Source: Elusimicrobiota bacterium
GTDB taxonomy: Bacteria > Elusimicrobiota > Endomicrobiia > CG1-02-37-114 > JAHJSO01
Assembly: GCA_043826435.1 (NCBI GenBank)
Contig: JBDRQF010000058.1
Coordinates: forward strand, 1 to 49,223
Length of the DNA: 49,223 nucleotides
Reading direction: 5' to 3'
Within the stretch, counting starts at the first letter, position 1; each line of letters starts with the position of its first letter. The notes below the pieces were generated by a model. It made no database searches. It was given only the letters and a program-made list of their open reading frames with translations, and was not told where the DNA came from. Made by a program: the position numbers and the translations under genes. This document shows positions 39,067 to 46,834 of the stretch, piece by piece.

Positions 39067-39906
39067 TTACAATATTAACCGTTCAACTACTTTAAGAGCC
39101 CTCTTTGTTTCCATGACGTCGTGCACCCGCAGGATTTTGGCTCCGAAAACGGCGCTCCATATCACTGCAGCCAGTGTCCCTTCAAGCCGCTCCGGCGCCG
39201 GGGCAGGGTTGTTTTCATCACCCAGTATTTTCCCTATGAACGACTTTCTTGAAACGCCCACGGCGAGTTTATAGCCCGTCGCGGTGAACCGGTGCAGGTT
39301 CTGCAGGATTTCAACGTTATGCTGTGTCGTTTTACCGAAACCTATGCCGGGGTCTATCACTATGTTTTCCTTTTTGATGCCGTTTTTCAACGCATACCTT
39401 GCCTGGTCGCCGAGGAACCCCGTTATTTCTTCTATGACGTTCCCGTACTGAGGCGATTCCTGCATCCTTTTCGGGTTGCCTTGCATATGCATTATTATTA
39501 CAGGTACTGATTTTTTCGCGGCAAGGCCCGCCATACCCGGGTCATAACGCAGCCCGGAAATATCGTTTATCATGCCGGCGCCGGAGTCCAGAGCGGCGGA
39601 AGCGACGCTGCTCTTATAAGTGTCTATTGACACGACGGCTTTTCTCCCGGAAATTTTTGATATACCCTCTATAACGGGAATAACCCTCCTGAGTTCTTCG
39701 TCTTCGCTGACGGCTTCGGCACCCGGCCTTGTGGATTCCCCGCCGACGTCAATTATGTCCGCCCCGTCTTCCATCATCTGCCCGGCGCGGCTGATTGCAT
39801 CCTCCGGTTTTGCCCACCTGCCGCCATCGTAGAAGGAGTCGGGTGTTACGTTCAGTACGCCCATTATAAGAGGACTCTTGCCCCGCAACAATTCAGACAG
39901 ATTCAT
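39067..39906 (-). CDS. folP: Dihydropteroate synthase
   Basis: MGVLNVTPDSF, GGESTRPG, DPGIGFGK, SRKSF, RVHDV. Confidence 0.96.
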   Translation of the reverse strand: MNLSELLRGKSPLIMGVLNVTPDSFYDGGRWAKPEDAISRAGQMMEDGADIIDVGGESTRPGAEAVSEDEELRRVIPVIEGISKISGRKAVVSIDTYKSSVASAALDSGAGMINDISGLRYDPGMAGLAAKKSVPVIIMHMQGNPKRMQESPQYGNVIEEITGFLGDQARYALKNGIKKENIVIDPGIGFGKTTQHNVEILQNLHRFTATGYKLAVGVSRKSFIGKILGDENNPAPAPERLEGTLAAVIWSAVFGAKILRVHDVMETKRALKVVERLIL

Positions 39907-39912
39907 TCTTTC

Positions 39913-40491
39913 TTATCTGTTTATTAAACTGAAGGCCTCCGCCCTCGTCTTTGCGTCCTTCAGGAAAAGCCCCCTCATTGCGGAGGTCATTATTGTCGTT
40001 CCCGGTTTCTTTATGCCGCGCATGGACAGGCAGAGGTGCTCCGCTTCAACCACCACCGCCACGCCCAGGGGTTTTGCAATTTTCATAAGCGAGTCAGCAA
40101 TGTGTTTTGTGATTCTTTCCTGCAGTTGCAGCCGTCTTGAATATGTTTCAACCAGCCGGGCGAGTTTTGAAATTCCCAGTAGGCGTTTCTTATGCGGTAT
40201 GTAGGCGATGTGCACCTTCCCGAAAAACGGGAGGAGGTGGTGTTCGCATATTGAAAAAAACGGGATGTTGCGCAGGAGGACAAGTTCATCGTGCTGTTCC
40301 TCTTCATAATAAATAGTCAGCACGTCCTCGGGTTTTATGAAGTAACCCGAGGTGACTTCTTCATAAAATTTGCTGACCCTTTCGGGCGTGCACTTCAACC
40401 CCTCCCTGTCGGGGTCTTCGCCGATGGCTACAAGAATCTGCCGGACGGCTTTTTGGATGGATTTTTTATCAATCCGTTTTTTTTGTTTCAT
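39913..40491 (-). CDS. folE: GTP cyclohydrolase I
   Basis: TPERV, CEHHLLPF, RLQLQER, HLCLSMRG. Confidence 0.96.
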   Translation of the reverse strand: MKQKKRIDKKSIQKAVRQILVAIGEDPDREGLKCTPERVSKFYEEVTSGYFIKPEDVLTIYYEEEQHDELVLLRNIPFFSICEHHLLPFFGKVHIAYIPHKKRLLGISKLARLVETYSRRLQLQERITKHIADSLMKIAKPLGVAVVVEAEHLCLSMRGIKKPGTTIMTSAMRGLFLKDAKTRAEAFSLINR

Positions 40492-40523
40492 GGGAGCAGT
40501 TCCGTTACGGTCTGTGCCGGTGC

Positions 40524-42344
40524 TTAAGAGGCGGCTATACCGAAGAGTTTGTCAACCTCGTCTCCTTCAAGCATTTCCTTTTCTATGAGTTTTTCCGCCA
40601 GTATCCTGAGTTTGTCAATATTTTCCTTTAATATTTTAATTCCCCTGTCTTCGCATTCCTTTATTATTGTTTTGACTTCCTCGTCTATAAGTTGCGCGGT
40701 TTTTTCAGAATACATCCTTTCCCGCTGCATTATGTCCCTGCCGAGGAACAGCTCTTCCTCCCGTTTCCTCAACGTCAGTGGCCCGAGTTTTTCGCTCATA
40801 CCGTACTCGCACACCATCTTTTGCGTTATCTCCGTGACTTTAACCAGGTCGTTCTCGGCACCGGTTGTTATTTCGTTGAATATAATTTCTTCCGCTGCCC
40901 TTCCGCCCAAAAGGACGGTGATTTTGGTAAGGATTTCCGACTTGGTGGTTAAATACCTGTCCTCCGTCGGCAACTGCAGGGTGTAGCCGAGCGAAGGCCC
41001 CCTCGGTATGATTGACACCTTGTGGATAGGGTCTGAACCGGGGATAAGTTTGGCTATCAGTGCATGGCCTGACTCGTGGTATGCGACTATCTTTTTTTCC
41101 CTGTCTGATATCATACGGGATTTTCTCTCGGGGCCTGCTATTAACCTGTCTATCGCCTCCTCCAGGTCGGCCATTTCAACCGCGGGCTTACTTTTTCTGG
41201 CTGCAAGCAGAGCTGCCTCATTCATTAAATTTGCAAGGTCAGCGCCCACAAAACCAGGTGTGCGGCGGGCGATTACCATCAGATTAACCTCAGGGGCTAA
41301 CTTAATGTTCCTTGAATGGACGCTGAGTATTTCTTCCCTGCCTTTCAGGTCGGGTATCGGGACAACGATATGCCTGTCAAACCTGCCGGGCCTCAGGAGA
41401 GCCCTATCAAGCACATCGGGCCTGTTGGTTGCGGCAATCAGTATTACGCCTTCCTTTGTATCAAAACCGTCCATTTCAACCAGGAGTTGGTTGAGGGTCT
41501 GTTCGCGCTCGTCGTGTCCCCCGCCTATGCCTGCGAACCTGTGCCTGCCGACTGCGTCAAGTTCGTCAATAAAAAGCAGGCAGGGTGCATTTTTTCTTCC
41601 CTGGTCAAACAGGTCTCTGACGCGGCTAGCGCCCACGCCGACGAACATCTCAACGAATTCAGAGCCGCTTGAACTGAAGAACGGCACGCCCGCCTCACCT
41701 GAGACCGCCTTTGCAAGGAGCGTTTTCCCAGTGCCTGGGGCGCCGTACAGTATTACCCCTTTCGGGATTTTACCGCCCAATTTCTGGAATTTCGCCGGGT
41801 CTTTAAGGAACTCTATTATTTCTTTAAGTTCCTCCTTGGCTTCGTCGCAGCCGGCAACATCCTGGAATGTTATTTTGGTCTTTTTACCTCCCTGCATTTT
41901 CGCTTTACTTCTCCCGAAAGCGGCCACCTGTTTACCTCCGCCCTGCAACTGTTTTATCATAAAGAACCATATGAGGAGGAAAATAATAATCCAGCCGACG
42001 TTCGCCAGTATCGCTGTTACCCAGCCCTTTTCCTGTTCCCCGGTGTATGTAATCTTTTTTTCTTCCAGTTCCTCTACGAGTTTTAAATCCGGAGTAACGG
42101 GGACCGTTTTAAAATTGGACGTTTTAACGCCGCCGTCCTTTTCATCGGGCAGGACGTATGTTCCCCGTATCAAATCGTTTCTGATCCGGACCTCTTTTAT
42201 TTTCCCGTCGCGCAGGAGGTCCTTGAACATGGAATACGTTATTTCCTCTTCTAATTTTATCTGGTTGACCGCCCTCATCAAAAAGATAATTGTAATGAAC
42301 ACCAGCACCCAGATAAAAACGCTCTTGTAATTTTTTTCTTTCAT
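40524..42344 (-). CDS. ftsH: ATP-dependent zinc metalloprotease FtsH
   Basis: 2 [28 protein letters not shown]. Confidence 0.97.
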   Translation of the reverse strand: MKEKNYKSVFIWVLVFITIIFLMRAVNQIKLEEEITYSMFKDLLRDGKIKEVRIRNDLIRGTYVLPDEKDGGVKTSNFKTVPVTPDLKLVEELEEKKITYTGEQEKGWVTAILANVGWIIIFLLIWFFMIKQLQGGGKQVAAFGRSKAKMQGGKKTKITFQDVAGCDEAKEELKEIIEFLKDPAKFQKLGGKIPKGVILYGAPGTGKTLLAKAVSGEAGVPFFSSSGSEFVEMFVGVGASRVRDLFDQGRKNAPCLLFIDELDAVGRHRFAGIGGGHDEREQTLNQLLVEMDGFDTKEGVILIAATNRPDVLDRALLRPGRFDRHIVVPIPDLKGREEILSVHSRNIKLAPEVNLMVIARRTPGFVGADLANLMNEAALLAARKSKPAVEMADLEEAIDRLIAGPERKSRMISDREKKIVAYHESGHALIAKLIPGSDPIHKVSIIPRGPSLGYTLQLPTEDRYLTTKSEILTKITVLLGGRAAEEIIFNEITTGAENDLVKVTEITQKMVCEYGMSEKLGPLTLRKREEELFLGRDIMQRERMYSEKTAQLIDEEVKTIIKECEDRGIKILKENIDKLRILAEKLIEKEMLEGDEVDKLFGIAAS

Positions 42345-42889
42345 TTTTTATATACCTCTGGATTTAACACCCCCACATAAGGCAGATTCCTGTATTTCTC
42401 CTGATAGTCAAGCCCGTAACCGACGACATACCTGTCCGGTATTACAAAACCCGTATAGTCAATAGGTACATCAATCTTTCTTTTCTTCTTTTTGTCCAGC
42501 AGTACGCATATTTTCAGCGAGGCGGGGTGCCTGGTCATCAGGTTATTCCTCAGGTAGGACAGGGTAAGCCCCGTATCAACTATGTCGTCAACGACAATCA
42601 GGTCCTTACCTACCGGGTTTTCTCTTAAATCAAGGAGTTGCCGCACAACCCCGGAGGACTCTGTTTCCCCGCCATAAGACGAAATCGCCACAAAATCAAC
42701 CAGGCAGTGGATGTCCAGGTTCCTGAGCAAATCGGATAGGAAAACAACGCTGCCCTTGAGTATTGAAATAAACGTCGGCTGCCTGTTTTTATAGTCGGAA
42801 GAAATCCTTTTCGCAAGTTCTACGACCTTCTCCCGGATCTGGTTTTCATTTAAAAATATCTCAATGATGTCCTTGTCGCAGAAGTTCAT
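42341..42889 (-). CDS. hpt: Hypoxanthine phosphoribosyltransferase
   Basis: ILKGS, VVDDIVDTGLT, VVGYGLD, YRNLP. Confidence 0.95.
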   Translation of the reverse strand: MNFCDKDIIEIFLNENQIREKVVELAKRISSDYKNRQPTFISILKGSVVFLSDLLRNLDIHCLVDFVAISSYGGETESSGVVRQLLDLRENPVGKDLIVVDDIVDTGLTLSYLRNNLMTRHPASLKICVLLDKKKKRKIDVPIDYTGFVIPDRYVVGYGLDYQEKYRNLPYVGVLNPEVYKK

Positions 42890-43938
42890 AGTTTTAAATA
42901 AAGTTTCCCGCCCCTTATCGTGGCTGAAACATTACCGGTTCTTACAAATAACCGCCTGGGTATCCGTCCCCCTGACGCCTTTTCTATTTTACCAAGCAGC
43001 ACCCCGGCTGCTTTTGAATAATTTGTTATAGCAGGGGTCATCATAAGAATGGACTTCATCAATCTGTATCTTAAACATTTATTATACCTTAAAAATTTTA
43101 ATAAATCAAGTGCTACGTAATTTTTTCCGGCCTGTTTCCCACTGGATATCAGGATAGAAGAAAGTGCCCTGCGAGTGAGGTTTTCAAAGTATCCGTTTAT
43201 GGATTCAGACCATACAGCCAAGTTTGAAAGGTGCTGTGTTATGGAGGGGTTTCGTGATTCAAGCAGGGGCATAACCTTCAGCCGCAGGAAATTTCTTGTA
43301 ATTGCGGTGTCAAGGTTGGTGGAGTCACTGGAGTAAGGGAGGTCTTTTTCCCTGAGGTAACCCGTTATTTCTTTCCTTGTGATGTTTATCAGCGGGCGGA
43401 CCAGTGTAATTTTTTTTCTGGAGTGCGGGGTGCGGGGTGCGTGTGCGGTGCGAGGGGCGGTTAAAACCCTGCTGGCGGGTATCCCCGGGATTCCGTCTTC
43501 ACCCGTTGACCGGATTATGCTTAACAGAACGGTCTCTGCCTGGTCATTTTGATTGTGCCCCATGGCAATCTTTTCGTATCCGCCAGACAACGCAATGGAC
43601 AAGAGCGCTTTGTATCTGGCATCCCTTGCCCATTTTTCAAGGTTTGATTTTTTTGCAGGCGGTTTCAGGTTTTTTACGTAGAGCGGGACGCCATGAAGGG
43701 ACGTGGTCGATTTTATTTTCCCGATTTCCTTTTTTATTTCATCCTCCGGCCTGAGTTTATGATTTATGTATGCGGCAGATATGTCAATGTCCATTATTTT
43801 TTTCAAACGACAAAAAAGATGCAGCAAACAGACGGAATCCGGCCCGCCGGAGACAGCGATTAACACCCTGTCGTGCGGCTGAATCATCCTGTCACCGAGA
43901 ACTGTTTTCTTGAATTTTTCCCAGACGATGTTGCTCAT
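42886..43938 (-). CDS. tilS: tRNA(Ile)-lysidine synthase
   Basis: AVSGGPDS, INHKLR, ARDARY, GHNQNDQAET, RPL, DSTN, RNFLR. Confidence 0.93.
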   Translation of the reverse strand: MSNIVWEKFKKTVLGDRMIQPHDRVLIAVSGGPDSVCLLHLFCRLKKIMDIDISAAYINHKLRPEDEIKKEIGKIKSTTSLHGVPLYVKNLKPPAKKSNLEKWARDARYKALLSIALSGGYEKIAMGHNQNDQAETVLLSIIRSTGEDGIPGIPASRVLTAPRTAHAPRTPHSRKKITLVRPLINITRKEITGYLREKDLPYSSDSTNLDTAITRNFLRLKVMPLLESRNPSITQHLSNLAVWSESINGYFENLTRRALSSILISSGKQAGKNYVALDLLKFLRYNKCLRYRLMKSILMMTPAITNYSKAAGVLLGKIEKASGGRIPRRLFVRTGNVSATIRGGKLYLKL

Positions 43939-44003
43939 AATAATTTTTTATATCTGCGACGAAGCAATCTTATCACTATGTTGTCATTACGATCCAACCC
44001 CTG

Positions 44004-44645
44004 CTACCGGATTGAGGCAATGCCCTGGATGTTTTCAACCGGATAAACTTTCTTAAACCCGGCATTTTTCAGACGCGCTGAAACCTTTGCCGCTATGTTG
44101 ATTTTCCTGTATTTTAAGCCGGGTCCCCCGACATAGTGGAACAACCTGCACCCGGGTTTCAGTATCCTGTATAATTCGGCATAGAACCTCTCCGTATAAA
44201 GGTTCTCGGCCATGCCGTACCTCGGCGGGTCATGCATTATACAATCAAAATAACCGGTAGGGAGTTTTTTCACCACGTTTTCCGCATCGCCCACCAGAAG
44301 TTTTATTTTTTTTCGTTTGATTTTCTCAAACAGCGGTCTGGAATATGGATTTTGCTTTGCTATCTTAATGACATTTCTGTCCATTTCTATTGTTGTGGTG
44401 TGTTTGGATTTTTCCGAGCAGCACATGGCAGTGTAGCCGAGTCCCGTGCAGATGTCTAGAACCCTGTGGTGCGGTTTAATTCCCAGTGTCTCTACTTTCA
44501 GGAGGGCGTCTTTTTCAGGTGTGATGTTTTTTGTGCGGTGCATCTGGATACCATCTATCTGGAGTGTGGGCCACCCTCCAGTTGGCACGAGTTTGTAGTA
44601 GTGTCTGTCAAAAAAAGATACAGGATAGAAGTTATCTGGTTTCAT
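44004..44645 (-). CDS. SAM-dependent methyltransferase (COG2521-like)
   Basis: PTLQIDGIQMH, VLDICTGLGYTA, HDPPR, FHYVG. Confidence 0.75.
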   Translation of the reverse strand: MKPDNFYPVSFFDRHYYKLVPTGGWPTLQIDGIQMHRTKNITPEKDALLKVETLGIKPHHRVLDICTGLGYTAMCCSEKSKHTTTIEMDRNVIKIAKQNPYSRPLFEKIKRKKIKLLVGDAENVVKKLPTGYFDCIMHDPPRYGMAENLYTERFYAELYRILKPGCRLFHYVGGPGLKYRKINIAAKVSARLKNAGFKKVYPVENIQGIASIR

Positions 44646-44762
44646 TTAATAACCGGTTTATATATCTCATATAATCATTCCTGATAAGTATACTTTTTTA
44701 TCAATTGTGTAAAAATAGTATACATAATTATTTTTAATTTATCAGGTGCTTTTTTTCCAACA

Positions 44763-44828
44763 CTATTTTTTATCCGGAAACCTCTCATCTGCCGGCGCAC
44801 CGCCCAAACCCCAGTTTTCCCTCGGCAA
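44763..44828 (-). pseudogene. Possible 3' remnant of a 4-oxalocrotonate tautomerase-family gene
   Basis: Reads LPRENWGLGGAPADERFPDKK*; resembles the family C-terminal pattern PxENWGxGG; no start codon, in-frame stop just upstream. Confidence 0.3.
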
Positions 44829-44830
44829 GT

Positions 44831-45161
44831 TTAGTTCACTCTGCTATTTTCTTCATCTTCTTCTTTATTCGGATACTGTTCGGGCGAAGAACCGATCACC
44901 TTTGGTGCCTGGTTTATATTCCTCACCCACATCTCTGAATAATTCGTATTGTCTTTCTGCGTGATACCAGTTGTTGACATTGTTAAAAAATCCAAAGCAA
45001 TGGTCAAAGCCAAAATCAAACGAGTCAATGATCGCTTCCGCAAAATTATAAAGTGTTTGTGTTTCCAACAAAGCAAGTTCTCGAAACACAGAAGAATCGC
45101 CAATCAGCGATACCTTAAAAATAAATATTTTTTCCCCGGCCGTCGCAGATTTCCTTTTCAT
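44831..45161 (-). pseudogene. pRiA4b ORF3 / IS1096-passenger TnpR-like gene with internal deletion and frameshift
   Basis: N-terminal FKVSL...TLYNFAEAIIDSFDFGFDHCFGF in one frame, C-terminal VIGSSPEQYP in another; the family's FDYGDxW block is missing. Confidence 0.6.
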
Positions 45162-45267
45162 ATACCGCTCAAATAATTCGGGGACGGTTGTAATATTCTT
45201 ATCTTAAAACCATTCTTTCAAGTTTTCAAATCAGAAAATGTAAAGCGTTTTTCATTTGTCCTATTTT

Positions 45268-46179
45268 TTAAAATAAAATTTTCCAAGTTATATCTAATAA
45301 TTTGCAAAAAATATAACCTACAAATATAAGCATTACACCTTGCCATAACCAATCAAAAGTCGTTTTCTTCCTAAATTCAATTTGTGGAAATTTGTTCTCT
45401 ATAAAATTTTTTAAACCAATGGAACCGAACATCCACATATTAGAAAATAATAAGAAAAATCCTATAAATACAAATAACATAGCATTTTCTATTTTTAATT
45501 TTGGCGCAATCCAGCTGCTTATCCATATACAAAATAAAAATATCATTGCAACAACAATTATTTGAATTAATGCAATAAACCACCAAGAGTAGTAAAAATA
45601 ATTTTTGTTTTTACATTTCCCAAGAATATCAGTGAGTTCCTTTATTATACCTTCAACCCAGATATTATCATCATCTTCAACCAAATAATAACTCTTACCA
45701 AATGTTGTTTCAAAACCAATTTCTATTCTTTTACTTTTATATGAGGTGCGATTTATTGAACTATCTAAATGAATCACTAATCTTTCAATTTTCTTGGCAT
45801 TTTGAAAATGTTCTTTTAATTCGCCGTAATCCGAAAACTTTACACCTTTACCATCAGCTCGTAAAACATAACTAATTGTCAACAATTCATCTTTAAGAGT
45901 TTGGTCTCTAAAATATTTTTGAATATCTTCTGCCTTCCATTCGCTTTTTACTTTTTCCTTGTCTTTCCCGGTTTTCTCTGTCAAGTCATTATATATTTTA
46001 TCTAATTCCTCGGGGGTTTTCGGCTTATAAGATTCTTCAATAATTTTATTTGCTTGATTAAAAATCTCCATTAGTTTTCTCTGTAGAATATCCAACGTTT
46101 CAATTGTAATCGTTAAATATGCTAAAGCTCCATCTTTTAAATATTTACTCATTAAATGCCTCCCGAAATCATTTTTCAA
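45268..46179 (-). CDS. Hypothetical protein with 3 C-terminal TM helices
   Basis: 303-aa ORF in the AT-rich island; C-terminal hydrophobic segments. Confidence 0.7.
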   Translation of the reverse strand: MKNDFGRHLMSKYLKDGALAYLTITIETLDILQRKLMEIFNQANKIIEESYKPKTPEELDKIYNDLTEKTGKDKEKVKSEWKAEDIQKYFRDQTLKDELLTISYVLRADGKGVKFSDYGELKEHFQNAKKIERLVIHLDSSINRTSYKSKRIEIGFETTFGKSYYLVEDDDNIWVEGIIKELTDILGKCKNKNYFYYSWWFIALIQIIVVAMIFLFCIWISSWIAPKLKIENAMLFVFIGFFLLFSNMWMFGSIGLKNFIENKFPQIEFRKKTTFDWLWQGVMLIFVGYIFCKLLDITWKILF

Positions 46180-46834
46180 CGATTAATATATCAAACATAT
46201 CACTACCCTCATCATAATTAGATAATTGAATGTATTCCTTTGTCACTTCAGCAATTTCAACACTTGAAATAATAGTTGGGTTTTTTTTGCTCAGAAATAC
46301 GACCGGTGCTTCTTTAAATTCCGGCAAAAAGTTACCTTGTATTGTTTTAATATTTTTAAAATATATTTTACCATCACCACTTATTTTCACTTTTTTTATG
46401 ATATAAATTCTCTGATTAACTTGCTCATACATTCTCTCAATATCAGATTTAAGTATATTTGTTTGTTTAGAAGTATTATTAAGAGAATCTTCATTCTTTT
46501 TATTTTCTTGCGAGACTTTTTCAATATCTTTATTTAATTTATTAACACTATTTCTAAATCTTGTATCTACGATTTCATCTATTTGTTTGTTTATTTTTTC
46601 TTTAATATCAATGGCTAACTCTTTATATGAATTCCAACCGACAAATGCATAAACAGCAACGACAACACTGAACAAAGCAATTAAAAACTGGTTTTGCAAT
46701 TTTAATTCCCAATAATACTTTTCTTCAAAATTAGTTTTTTTTAGTTTATGAAATGTGCATACATTAAAAATAACCGCAGCAATAATTACCATAGAACAAA
46801 TAACAAATATTAAATTCATCTCAAGCCCCTTCAA
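46169..46834 (-). CDS. Hypothetical protein, 2 N-terminal TM plus coiled coil
   Basis: 221-aa ORF overlapping both neighbours. Confidence 0.65.
   Translation of the reverse strand: MKGLEMNLIFVICSMVIIAAVIFNVCTFHKLKKTNFEEKYYWELKLQNQFLIALFSVVVAVYAFVGWNSYKELAIDIKEKINKQIDEIVDTRFRNSVNKLNKDIEKVSQENKKNEDSLNNTSKQTNILKSDIERMYEQVNQRIYIIKKVKISGDGKIYFKNIKTIQGNFLPEFKEAPVVFLSKKNPTIISSVEIAEVTKEYIQLSNYDEGSDMFDILIVEK

Noticed and set aside
41008..42330. 440-aa plus-strand ORF, and other long plus-strand ORFs such as 13385-14203, 25739-26389 and 23403-23984
   Set aside because: Antisense shadows of well-supported minus-strand genes (ftsH, HEAT protein, aconitase, proA); Ser/Ile-rich with no recognisable motifs
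44865..45161. Programmed frameshift joining the two pRiA4b-like frames
   Set aside because: No clear slippery heptamer, and a conserved internal block appears to be missing, which favours a deletion
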